A stretch of 64,000 nt of DNA from Treponemataceae bacterium (GCA_963678065.2 CAXXVZ010000003.1:1440001-1504000), one strand, 5' to 3'. Counted from the first letter of the stretch, positions 39,689 to 48,368 are shown. The notes: generated by a model not told the origin, from the letters alone. Program-made: numbers and translations.

Positions 39689-40821
39689 CGCGAAAGCTCC
39701 GTCCGGCGCAAAAGAAGGAGCCCCGCGAATCCGCAGGCTCCGGCCAGCGAGGTGAGGATGCCGAGCGGGACCTCGCCCGGAAAGAGGCTGCGGGAGAGTC
39801 CGTCGCAGGCGAGGACGAAGATGCCGCCGAGCAGCATGGAGAAGGGGATAGACGAGCGCCCGTCCGGCCCTTTCAGAATGCGCGCCGCGTGTGGAACGAC
39901 GAGCCCGACCCAGGACACGATGCCGCACAGCGCGGTCATGACAGCCACTCCCGCTGTCGCGGCGACGATGATGAGGCCCCGCTCGAGTTCAGTCCGGGAG
40001 CCGAGAGCCCGTGCCGCGTCCTCGTCAAGGGAGAGGAGGTTCGCCCTCCAGCGCATCGCGAGCATGGCGGCGATCGCGAGGCCCGCCACGGGAAGTCCCG
40101 CGAGAAAACGCGGCCAGTTCATGGTGGTGAGGCTTCCCATGGTCCAGAAGGTTATGTCAGGCAGCTGGGAGAGGGGATCGGCGAGGTATTTCATCGCGGC
40201 GAGCAGCGACGAGAAGAAGGCCGAAACCGCGAGCCCGGCGAGAACGAGCCGGAGAACCTGCCCTCCGAAACGGAAACGGCGGGCGAACCACAAGGTGGCC
40301 GCGAGCGCCGCCATCGCGAAGGCAAAAGCCGATCCGGCGACTGCCGCGGGCAGCGTTGCCCCGGCCACGAGAGCGAGCGCCGCGCCGAAGGCCGCCCCCT
40401 GCGAGACGCCGAGAAAGCCAGCCTCGACCAAAGGATTTCCGAACACGGTCTGGAAAGTCGCTCCCGCTCCCCCGAGGACAGCTCCGAGAAGGAGGGCGCC
40501 GAGTCCGCGAGGCAGACGGATCGAAAGGAGAATGCGGCTCGAAGTCGCGTCCGACAGCAGCGAGGGAAGCCAGACGAAGCCCGGTCGGGGGTAGCGGCCG
40601 GCCATGAGGTAGGCGACAAAGACCAGACATGCGAAGAGGAGGCAGACCGCCGGACTCGCGGCCCTGCCCCACCAGGATGTTTCCGGAACGGCCACTCCAT
40701 GCCCCGATGTCTCGGTCCTCGCCACCCCCGGCCTCGCCGTTTCCGGCCTCGCCGTTTCCGGCCTCGCCGTTTCCGGCCTCGCCGTTTCCGGCCTCGCCGT
40801 TTCCGGCGGCTCAGTCGGCAT
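39685..40821 (-). CDS. FecCD/BtuC-family permease with N-terminal PETAR repeats
   Basis: IRLPR, NPLV...LGVSQGA, WTMGSL, WVGLVVPH, GEVPLG; start uncertain. Confidence 0.88.
   Translation of the reverse strand: MPTEPPETARPETARPETARPETARPETARPGVARTETSGHGVAVPETSWWGRAASPAVCLLFACLVFVAYLMAGRYPRPGFVWLPSLLSDATSSRILLSIRLPRGLGALLLGAVLGGAGATFQTVFGNPLVEAGFLGVSQGAAFGAALALVAGATLPAAVAGSAFAFAMAALAATLWFARRFRFGGQVLRLVLAGLAVSAFFSSLLAAMKYLADPLSQLPDITFWTMGSLTTMNWPRFLAGLPVAGLAIAAMLAMRWRANLLSLDEDAARALGSRTELERGLIIVAATAGVAVMTALCGIVSWVGLVVPHAARILKGPDGRSSIPFSMLLGGIFVLACDGLSRSLFPGEVPLGILTSLAGACGFAGLLLLRRTELSR
40728..40807. repeat. In-frame 15-bp tandem repeat
   Basis: (CCGGCCTCGCCGTTT) x5 plus partial CCGGC; encodes PETAR x5 on the minus strand. 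Confidence 0.95.
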
Positions 40822-41842
40822 AGTCCCCGGCGAGCCTCGGGGCGATCAGCGTGGAGAAGCGGGCGGCGTCGATGCCATAGCAGAACGAGAAGAAAGTCTC
40901 AGCCTGCGCGCGCATGGAGAGGTCGGTGAATAGTTCCGGATGCAGGCGCTTCGCGACCCACTGCAGGCCGAGGATCCAGCGCGTGTCAGGCTGATCCCAG
41001 GAATAGAAATCCTGGGGAAATCCGGCCACCCTCCCCGCTTTCACGGCCGCGAGCCCCGCGAACCTCGCGTCGGACGAGAGGACCCTTGCGGCCTTTTTCG
41101 AGTCCTCCCGGTAGGCGATGACGAGGATGAGGTCGGGATTCCAGGCCAGGATCTGCTCAGGTCCGACCTTCGCCCATCCCGCTCCCGGGTTGGCGTCCTT
41201 CCAGACGGGAATCCCTCCGGCCCTTTCGACGAGGATGGTCTGCATCCAGGACGCCGGCGGCACCTCGAAACTGCCTCCTGACTGGCTCTGTGCCTGAAGG
41301 ACGAGGACGCGGGGTCGCGAAGCCGCGGGGATTGTCGCGACACGCCTGGTCACGGACGCGAGGCTCTCCTTGTAAAAGGCCACGAGGGCTTCAGCCCTCG
41401 ACCTGTCCCCGAAAACCTCCCCGAGGGAGCGGATTTCGGAGAAGTAATCCTCCGGCGTCTCCAGATCCATGTAGAGCTGCTTTATGCCAAGGCTTTCGAG
41501 CCCAGACGCGAGGGCCTTCTTCATCGAGCTTTTCAGGATAACGAGGTCGGGCTTGAGCGCGGCGTAGGTCTCGACGCCCGCCGCCCTATCCAGCGAGGGT
41601 TTGGCGGAAAATCCTGAATCGAGGGCGCCGAGAAAAACGCCCATTCCCTGATCGGCGGCGGCCACGGCGACAACCCTGTCGCGCGCCTGGGGAAAGAGAT
41701 AAGCCGCGTCGGCCACCATGAGGACCGCTTTACCTCCCAGCACTATGCGCGACGGGAGGGCGGAAACAGCTCCGGCGGACAGCAGCGCGAGGGCGAGAGC
41801 AAGAATGGAAGACAGGCGAAACACAGAGAATGACCGTTCCAT
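40811..41842 (-). CDS. Fec/Btu-type (cluster A) ABC substrate-binding protein
   Basis: Signal peptide, E..AALKPDLVI, EQILAWNPDLI, AVKAGRV, W.AK.LHPELF. Confidence 0.85.
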   Translation of the reverse strand: MERSFSVFRLSSILALALALLSAGAVSALPSRIVLGGKAVLMVADAAYLFPQARDRVVAVAAADQGMGVFLGALDSGFSAKPSLDRAAGVETYAALKPDLVILKSSMKKALASGLESLGIKQLYMDLETPEDYFSEIRSLGEVFGDRSRAEALVAFYKESLASVTRRVATIPAASRPRVLVLQAQSQSGGSFEVPPASWMQTILVERAGGIPVWKDANPGAGWAKVGPEQILAWNPDLILVIAYREDSKKAARVLSSDARFAGLAAVKAGRVAGFPQDFYSWDQPDTRWILGLQWVAKRLHPELFTDLSMRAQAETFFSFCYGIDAARFSTLIAPRLAGDYAD

Positions 41843-41875
41843 GGATGAAAGGATAATCGATACCGGGAGACGGGG

Positions 41876-42571
41876 TCAATGAAAGCCGTCGGCCGTATGC
41901 GGGGCGGGAGCCGCCACCAGATGATGGAGCGCGGCAGCGTATTCCTCAGGCTTGTCGATGTCGAGTATGACACCTTCGCAGTCCGTCTCCACCAGAGCGT
42001 GAGCGCCTGCCTCCACGAAGTCCCTCATCCTCGCTCCCGGACCGAGGCCGAGCATCGCCGGAATCCTGGACGAGGGCAGGAGGACGGGATGACCCGCCCT
42101 TCCCTTCCACGCGGCAAAAAGCGCGATGCCGGCTTCCTCCGCGCGCCGTCGTCCCTCATCGTCCGCAAGCAGCCTGTACACGCGGGACTCCACGAGCGGC
42201 ATGTCGGCGTGGATTATGAAAAAACTGTCTGTCTTCACGAAAGGCAGCGCCGACTGGATCGAGCCCGTCATCCCCTCTTCCCAGTCCGGGTTGTGGACAA
42301 ACTCGATCCCCGGTTCCGATCCGGCCAGCTGCGGCCCGACCGGATCAGGACCAGCCAGCCCCATTCCGTCTGGCTGCGAGGATAGATCGGCGCGAAGTCT
42401 TTCCCGGACTCGATCGCCGCGACAGCCGGTCACGAGGATGATCCGGCATCCCGCCGATCTTGCCGCCGCGATGACCGCCCCGGCCATCGTGGAGCCGCCC
42501 CAGGCGAGAAGCGGCTTGCATTCCCCCATCCGCGACGAGGCTCCCGCCGCGAGGACGATGCAGTCGGGCAT
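41876..42571 (-). CDS. Nucleotidyltransferase, MocA (Moco cytidylyltransferase)-like
   Basis: LAAGASSRMG..K.LL, NPDWEEGM..SI, DMP, GHPVL, DID.PEEY. Confidence 0.82.
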   Translation of the reverse strand: MPDCIVLAAGASSRMGECKPLLAWGGSTMAGAVIAAARSAGCRIILVTGCRGDRVRERLRADLSSQPDGMGLAGPDPVGPQLAGSEPGIEFVHNPDWEEGMTGSIQSALPFVKTDSFFIIHADMPLVESRVYRLLADDEGRRRAEEAGIALFAAWKGRAGHPVLLPSSRIPAMLGLGPGARMRDFVEAGAHALVETDCEGVILDIDKPEEYAAALHHLVAAPAPHTADGFH

Positions 42572-42590
42572 GCCGGGCGCGCCCACGGCG

Positions 42591-44048
42591 TCAATTCCCT
42601 GCCACAGCGACGAGCCCCGCACGTTCCGCCTCGACGAAGGCGCGCAGCCTCGCGATCTCCTCGGTCGTCCTCACGGCCGCCGGGCCGCCGGTCTGGCTGC
42701 GGCGGGCCACGCAGGCGTCGAGGTCGAGGTAGGACTCGAGCTCAGCCTGCGTGATGCCCGCCTGCGCGAGCGCGGGATGGGCCTCCTGGATCTGTTTCGT
42801 GGACAGATCGGCAGGCCCGCACTTCAGCTCGAGGCAGAGCATGACGACGCTCTTCGCGGCCGCGTAGGCCGTCCGGAAAGGAATGCCCTTCAGAACCATG
42901 TACTCGGCGACATCGGTGGCCTCGAGAAATCCTTCCCTCGCGGATGTTCTCATCCGCTGCGCATCGACGAGGAGCGAGCGCACCAGGACAGAGAACGCAA
43001 AGAGACTGCCCGCCGTCGTGTCGCAGAGATCGAAGAGCGCGGCCTTGTCCTCCTGGAGGTCCCGGTCGTAGGCGTAGGCGAGCCCCTTCTGCATGGTAAG
43101 AAGGTTCATGAGCGAGCCGTAGACCCTCCCCGTCTTGCCGCGGATAAGCTCCGCCGGGTCCGGATTGCGCTTCTGGGGCATGATGCTCGAACCCGTTGAC
43201 GCCGCCGGAGTGATCGAGACGAAGCGGTACTCGGTGCTCGCCCAGAGGATGATCTCCTCGCAGGCGCGGGAGAGCCGCGTCATCAGCATGGCAGCGGCGG
43301 AAGCCAGCTCGACGCAGGCATCCCTGTCCGCGACTGAGTCCATGGTGTTGCGCGTCGGCCTCGCGAAGCCGAGAGCGACCGCCGTGAACTCCCTGTCCAC
43401 GGGCAGGCCGGAGCCGGCCAAAGCCCCCGCGCCCAGGGGACACTCGTTCGCCCTCGCCTCGGCGTCGCGCAGCCTCCCGTAGTCCCTCTCGAAGCCGGCG
43501 CACCAGGCCAACAGATGGTGAGCCAGCGTCACGCCCTGGGCCCGCTGGAGATGGGTGTAGCCGGGCATGAGAGTCGCGGTATTTTCTGCGGCGAGGTCGA
43601 GCACCGCGCCCATCGTCGAGAGCAGCCGGCCGCGCAGCTCGCGGAATGAGCGGCGCAGGTAGAGCCTCAAGGCCGTCGCGACCTGGTCGTTGCGCGATCT
43701 CCCCGCGTGCACGGCGCGCCCCACGTCCCCCAGACGCCTCGTCAGCTCTGCCTCGATGAAGGAGTGCACATCCTCGCTCGCAGGATCGACGGCGAGGGCG
43801 CCGGAGCGCGCCTCTTCCATCATCCGCCCGAGTTCGGCCGCGAGAGCCTGTGCGTCGGCGGCCGGGATGATGCCCGTCATGCCGAGCATGCGCGCGTGGG
43901 CGATCGAGCCTTCGATATCATCGTACAGGAGGCGGCTGTCCACGGAGAGTGAGGACAGGAAAACTTCAAGATCCGGATCGAGGCCGGGTGTCTGCGCTGC
44001 GGCCTCCTCTCGTTTCGCCTGGCCGGACAGTTCCCACAATTTCGCCAT
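42591..44048 (-). CDS. argH: Argininosuccinate lyase
   Basis: EDVH, HAGRSRNDQVAT, MPGYTHLQRAQ, STGSSIMPQKRNPD. Confidence 0.96.
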   Translation of the reverse strand: MAKLWELSGQAKREEAAAQTPGLDPDLEVFLSSLSVDSRLLYDDIEGSIAHARMLGMTGIIPAADAQALAAELGRMMEEARSGALAVDPASEDVHSFIEAELTRRLGDVGRAVHAGRSRNDQVATALRLYLRRSFRELRGRLLSTMGAVLDLAAENTATLMPGYTHLQRAQGVTLAHHLLAWCAGFERDYGRLRDAEARANECPLGAGALAGSGLPVDREFTAVALGFARPTRNTMDSVADRDACVELASAAAMLMTRLSRACEEIILWASTEYRFVSITPAASTGSSIMPQKRNPDPAELIRGKTGRVYGSLMNLLTMQKGLAYAYDRDLQEDKAALFDLCDTTAGSLFAFSVLVRSLLVDAQRMRTSAREGFLEATDVAEYMVLKGIPFRTAYAAAKSVVMLCLELKCGPADLSTKQIQEAHPALAQAGITQAELESYLDLDACVARRSQTGGPAAVRTTEEIARLRAFVEAERAGLVAVAGN

Positions 44049-44067
44049 TGTTCTTTCTGTTCCTTAT

Positions 44068-44098
44068 AAAAAGAATGGCCGCGGGACGAACCCGCGGC
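44068..44098 (-). terminator. Possible weak terminator or stabilising hairpin between argG and argH
   Basis: 8-bp stem GCCGCGGG/CCCGCGGC followed by CATTCTTTTT on the minus strand. Confidence 0.45.
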
Positions 44099-44227
44099 TC
44101 AAGGTCGATCGCGATCACCGCAGATCCCTCCAGAGAGGCCGCGCCATTCGCAGCCTTCCGGAAGAACCCGCATCAAGGGTAGCGCATCGCCGGCTTTTGT
44201 CAACCGCCGCCGGCACGGTACCCCGGT

Positions 44228-45505
44228 CTAGTCGCCGGAAGGCGCCGTGTAGCCCGAAGAACCCGGAACGAGGACATCCGGCGTTATAGCGCTGCCCGCG
44301 GCCTTGATCCGGGCCTCGAGCCTCGCCCTGACCTTGGTCGGCAGGCCGAAGAGGTTGATGAAGCCCGTCGAGTCGTGGTGGGAGAAGAGCGGTCCTGTCG
44401 TGAAGCTCGCGAGCGAGGCATCGTAGAGGGAATAGGGCGACTTCATGCCAGCGGCGATCATCGATCCCTTGTAGAGCTTGAGGGTGACGCTTCCGGATAC
44501 GCGCTTCTGGGTCACATCGACAAAGGCGCAGAGGGCTTCCTTGAGCGGGCAGAACCACTCGCCCTCGTAGAGGATCTCGGCGAAGCGCTGCCCCACCGCC
44601 TGCTTGAAGGAGAGAGTCTTCTTGTCCAGGCAGAGCTGTTCGAGTTTCTCGTGGGCTTCCATGAGGATGGTCCCGCCAGGGGTCTCGTAGACGCCGCGCG
44701 ACTTCATGCCGACGACGCGGTTTTCCACCATGTCGAGGATGCCGATGCCGTTGCGCCCTCCGATCTCGTTGAGCTTCTTGATGAGGTTGAGGCCGCCCAT
44801 CGCGAGCCCGTTGAGGGAGACCGGCACACCTTCTTCGAAACCGATAGTGACGTATTCAGGCTTGTCGGGCGCCTTCTCCGGCGTCACGCACATTTTGAGC
44901 ATACCCTCGTATTTGGGCTCGTTGGCCGGGTCCTCGAGGTCGAGGCCCTCGTGGCTGATGTGCCAGAGATTGTCGTCGCGGCTGTAGCTGTCGGACTTCT
45001 TCATGGGAACCGGGATTCCGCGTTTCTCGAGGTACTCGATCTCCTCTTCGCGGCTCTGAATGTCCCAGATGCGCCAGGGAGCGATGACGGACATCTCCGG
45101 GGCGAAGGCCTTGAGCCCAAGTTCAAAGCGAACCTGATCGTTGCCCTTGCCGGTGCAGCCGTGGGCGACGGCGTCGGCGCCTTCGGCGATGGCCGCCTGC
45201 GCGAGTCCCTTTGCGATGAGTGGGCGCGCGGCCGAGGTTCCGAGGAGATAGCGTCTCTCGTAGGGGGTGCCCGTCTTTATGAGGGGCCAGAGGTAGTCCG
45301 TCACGAACTCGTCCTTGAGGTCCTGGACGATGAGTTTGGTGGCTCCTGAAGCTATTGCGCGCTTCTCGAGGCCGACCCAGTCGCACTCCTGGCCTACATC
45401 TCCGCAGACGGCGATCACCTCGCAGTCATAATTCTCCTTGAGCCAGGGTACGATCACGGTGGTGTCGAGTCCGCCGGAATAAGCCAGTACGATCTTCTTT
45501 TTCAT
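44228..45505 (-). CDS. argG: Argininosuccinate synthase
   Basis: LAYSGGLDT, HGCTGKGNDQVRFE, ENRVVGMKSRGVYETPGGT; SD AAGGAG. Confidence 0.97.
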   Translation of the reverse strand: MKKKIVLAYSGGLDTTVIVPWLKENYDCEVIAVCGDVGQECDWVGLEKRAIASGATKLIVQDLKDEFVTDYLWPLIKTGTPYERRYLLGTSAARPLIAKGLAQAAIAEGADAVAHGCTGKGNDQVRFELGLKAFAPEMSVIAPWRIWDIQSREEEIEYLEKRGIPVPMKKSDSYSRDDNLWHISHEGLDLEDPANEPKYEGMLKMCVTPEKAPDKPEYVTIGFEEGVPVSLNGLAMGGLNLIKKLNEIGGRNGIGILDMVENRVVGMKSRGVYETPGGTILMEAHEKLEQLCLDKKTLSFKQAVGQRFAEILYEGEWFCPLKEALCAFVDVTQKRVSGSVTLKLYKGSMIAAGMKSPYSLYDASLASFTTGPLFSHHDSTGFINLFGLPTKVRARLEARIKAAGSAITPDVLVPGSSGYTAPSGD

Positions 45506-45584
45506 CGGATGCTCCTTGTGGCGCGCGTTTCATGTACGAAACACAGCGGCAATACAGATAAATTGTGTGGGGGGAGAGAAGGCG

Positions 45585-45662
45585 TCAGCGACGACGGAGG
45601 CGGGCAAAATGGAAAAGAAAAGGGGCAAAGGACAATGAATTGTCCGCGTTCATGGTTGACAT
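45585..45662 (-). CDS. Putative Arg-rich leader peptide of argGH (MSTMNADNSLSFAPFLFHFARLRRR)
   Basis: 25-codon ORF read by hand; ATG lies 6 nt after a -10 box; ends CGC CTC CGT CGT CGC TGA, 79 nt before the argG start. Confidence 0.6.
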   Translation of the reverse strand: MSTMNADNSLSFAPFLFHFARLRRR

Positions 45663-45668
45663 GGAAGA

Positions 45669-45697
45669 ATCTTAGCATGTTCTTGCATATTTATCAA
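45669..45697 (-). promoter_or_regulatory. Promoter of the leader/argGH transcript, with a possible ARG box over the -35
   Basis: TTGATA-17 nt-TAAGAT with extended TG; TGCATATTTATCAA (45684-45697) resembles a single ArgR box. Confidence 0.6.
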
Positions 45698-45721
45698 GGC
45701 ATTACGGCATTTTTTTGTATA

Positions 45722-45769
45722 AATCAACAACTCTGCAGCATGTCGCGGGTATGAACCCACTGCCGAATC
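45722..45769. repeat. Degenerate full-length copy of the dispersed repeat
   Basis: AATCAACAACTCTGCAGCATGTCGCGGGTATGAACCCACTGCCGAATC. Confidence 0.5.
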
Positions 45770-45842
45770 GGTCGCTTTTTGTATGGAATAAGGGGAATGG
45801 CCTCATGTTGACCGCGTTTCTCAACCGTAGTACAACCGGAGC

Positions 45843-46130
45843 ATGGCGAAAAAAGAAGAGATCGTCACGTTCAAGGCTGACGAGCGGCTCCTGGCCGCGC
45901 TCGAAGGGGTGGCCAACCGCTCGGCCTTCATCCGCGATGCCATCCTCGCCGCCCTCGAGAGCCGCTGTCCCCTCTGCCGCGGCACAGGAATTCTCAACGA
46001 GGAACAGCGCGGCCACTGGGAGGAATTTTCGCGTCACCACAGGATCGTCGAGTGCGGCGATTGCCACGCCTTGCATCTGATATGCGACGCCGAGGAGCGT
46101 CCTTTACCCCACAGCGAGCCTGAGATATAG
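45843..46130 (+). CDS. Small ribbon-helix-helix (CopG-like) protein with Cys/His-rich C-terminus
   Basis: IVTFKAD...NRSAFIRDAI RHH pattern; CPLC, HH, CGDCH...C; promoter TTGACC-17-TACAAC 6 nt upstream. Confidence 0.75.
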   Translation: MAKKEEIVTFKADERLLAALEGVANRSAFIRDAILAALESRCPLCRGTGILNEEQRGHWEEFSRHHRIVECGDCHALHLICDAEERPLPHSEPEI

Positions 46131-46137
46131 TAAAACA

Positions 46138-47022
46138 ATGATTTTCATCGATCGCACCGACGGGCGCAAGCTCCGCAACCTGTCGTCCTTCACTGCGCTC
46201 ATGCCCTACCTCATGAGGGGACGCAATGAGTCAGCCGTCTATTTTTCCAAAGATATCGATGTAGAGAATGCCCTGCGCTACGTCCACAGGAAGAACGCCG
46301 AGTTCGACTCGGCCTCCGACGAGGAAGACGGCCGCTACTCCCTGTTCGGCGTCGTGCTCGCCACGGCGGCCAGGACTCTCGCCCTGAAGCCCCGGCTCAA
46401 CTGGTTCATCCACCGCCGGGGACTGTACGAGCGGAACCACATCTGCCTTTCATTCATCGTGAAGAAGCGCCTCACCGAGGAGGCCGGGGAATCGAACGCA
46501 AAAATCTACTTCAAGCCTGAGGACACTGTTTCCGAATCCATGGAGCGAATCAACGCGGCCATTGAGGAGGCGCGGGGAGATAAACCGAACGACGGAGACC
46601 GGGAGGCTGATCTCTGCCACGCCATCCCCTTCGGGAAGGCCATCATCACCTCCGGGTTCCGCCTCCTCGACCGCTTCAACCTCGCCCCGGGCTGGATGAT
46701 CCGCAACGATCCTCTCTTCACCTCGATCTTCTTCGCCAACCTGGGAAGCATAGGACTCGACACACCCTTCCACCACCTCTACGAGTGGGGCTCGGCCAGC
46801 CTCTTCGTCGTGATGGGCAAGATGTTCCAGAAGGAAGTTATCCGCCATGACGGCTCGACGAGCCGCAGGCACTTCATCAATTTCAAGGTATCGGTGGACG
46901 AGCGCATAGCCGACGGGCTCTACTTCGCCCACGCCGCATCGCTCTTCCACAGACTCATCGGTCACCCTGAGATGCTCGAGGAGAGGCCCGATCTGTCGGC
47001 TGCCAGCATCAGGAATCACTGA
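46138..47022 (+). CDS. Stand-alone 2-oxoacid dehydrogenase acyltransferase (E2 catalytic domain)-like protein
   Basis: RP.LN.F, NLGSIG, VDERIADG (E2 has DHRxxDG); no lipoyl domain. Confidence 0.75.
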   Translation: MIFIDRTDGRKLRNLSSFTALMPYLMRGRNESAVYFSKDIDVENALRYVHRKNAEFDSASDEEDGRYSLFGVVLATAARTLALKPRLNWFIHRRGLYERNHICLSFIVKKRLTEEAGESNAKIYFKPEDTVSESMERINAAIEEARGDKPNDGDREADLCHAIPFGKAIITSGFRLLDRFNLAPGWMIRNDPLFTSIFFANLGSIGLDTPFHHLYEWGSASLFVVMGKMFQKEVIRHDGSTSRRHFINFKVSVDERIADGLYFAHAASLFHRLIGHPEMLEERPDLSAASIRNH

Positions 47023-47035
47023 AGAGGAGGTCCGC

Positions 47036-47569
47036 ATGAATCCGATTTTTGCCGAAGTCCCCAGGTTCTGGCGAATCATCACCCTGAAACCCTTCAGGAA
47101 GACACCCGGAGTCTCCTTCGACCTTGTGCCGATGGAACTCCTGCCCCGCATCGACGGCATCGACAGAGTCGTGCACGACCACGGCGCCATCTCTCCCGGC
47201 CCGGTCGGTGACGTACCGCGGCCTTGGTATCTGCATCCGCAGCAGGAAGACAACCTCATCGTCATGGCAGGGAAACGCATCGTCGACATCTACAGCGCCG
47301 AATACGGCCGGATGGAGAACTTTGTCGTCGAGCCTGACCGCGTCTGGCACAACGGAGAAATACTGTGCGACCGGCCCGCCATGCTTGTCTGGCCGGTCAA
47401 CGTCTACCACAGGATAGTTTCCGGGGAAACAGGCTCGTCATCCCTCAATTTCGCGGTTCGCCATCCCGGCTTCGACATCCACACAAACTTCTCGATCTAT
47501 GACCTCGACACAAAAACAGGCATTTCGCGCGTCATCCGCGAAGGAAGGCTTGACCAGAATCCGGGTTGA
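47036..47569 (+). CDS. Hypothetical protein, probable cupin-like fold
   Basis: SD GAGGAGG; WYLHPQQEDNL..G and WP..YHR pattern. Confidence 0.7.
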   Translation: MNPIFAEVPRFWRIITLKPFRKTPGVSFDLVPMELLPRIDGIDRVVHDHGAISPGPVGDVPRPWYLHPQQEDNLIVMAGKRIVDIYSAEYGRMENFVVEPDRVWHNGEILCDRPAMLVWPVNVYHRIVSGETGSSSLNFAVRHPGFDIHTNFSIYDLDTKTGISRVIREGRLDQNPG

Positions 47570-47587
47570 GGCTATATCCGCTTAAGC

Positions 47588-48046
47588 ATGTCGATACCTG
47601 AGAAAGTCCGGGCCGTGCTCGCCTCCTTCGGAAAGGAAGCTCTCGAGTTCGAACCCGGCAGCACACCCACCGTCGCGTCGGCCGCGGCCCGGCTCGGAGT
47701 AGAACCCGGCCAGATCGCGAAATCCCTGCTCTTCAAAGGCAAACAGGGCGACTACCATATGGTCGTCTGCGCGGGCGACAAACGTATCTCATCCTCCAGA
47801 CTGAAGGCCCTCATGGGATCAAAACCGGGCATGACGGATCCGGCCGAGACACAGTCCGTCACCGGCTTCCTGCCGGGAGGGGTCTGCCCCTTCGGCCTTT
47901 CAGGCGTCAGCATATGGATCGACAGAAGCCTGGAAGCCTGGCCCGAGGTATTCCCTGCGGCGGGAACGGACGGAAGCGCGGTGAGGCTGGAATACGCCTC
48001 GCTCCTGGAAATAACGAAGGGAAGCGCCTGCTCGGTGGCAGATTGA
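47588..48046 (+). CDS. YbaK/EbsC-family aminoacyl-tRNA editing protein
   Basis: AA..LGV...QIAKSLLF, TGF.PGGVCPFG, AAG. Confidence 0.9.
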   Translation: MSIPEKVRAVLASFGKEALEFEPGSTPTVASAAARLGVEPGQIAKSLLFKGKQGDYHMVVCAGDKRISSSRLKALMGSKPGMTDPAETQSVTGFLPGGVCPFGLSGVSIWIDRSLEAWPEVFPAAGTDGSAVRLEYASLLEITKGSACSVAD

Positions 48047-48125
48047 GGTCGAATGGGCCGAAAAAGGCCCGACAGACTGTTACAACGCGAGAGGTCCCGC
48101 TGCCTCCGGCGGTTTCTCCAGCCTG

Positions 48126-48368
48126 TCAGACCGCTTCTTTTTTGGCTGCGCTATCGGAAGGAGCGGACTTCGGACAATTCGCACAGGACTTTTTGCTGTC
48201 GTTCACGTAGAAGCCGGAACCCTTGAAAATGATCCCGGTTCCTCCGCCGATGACCCGTTTCACCTTCTGGCCACATTCGGGACAAACAGTGACGGGTGCA
48301 TCCGCCATGCTCTGGAAGACTTCAAAGTTGTGTTTACAGGCCGTGCATCTGTACTCATAGGTGGGCAT
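48126..48368 (-). CDS. FmdB-family zinc-ribbon protein
   Basis: MPTYEYRC..C...FE..Q...CPECG...IIFKGSGFY. Confidence 0.9.
   Translation of the reverse strand: MPTYEYRCTACKHNFEVFQSMADAPVTVCPECGQKVKRVIGGGTGIIFKGSGFYVNDSKKSCANCPKSAPSDSAAKKEAV

Noticed and set aside
40728..40807. Possible CRISPR array
   Set aside because: Contiguous 15-bp units with no spacers and no cas genes; it is a coding VNTR.
41843..41879. Cobalamin riboswitch before the Fec/Btu-type importer
   Set aside because: Only ~33 bp of intergenic space and no B12-box.
45506..45662. T-box or intrinsic-terminator attenuator in the argG leader
   Set aside because: No T-box consensus (GGTGGNACCGCG) and no hairpin followed by a U-tract.
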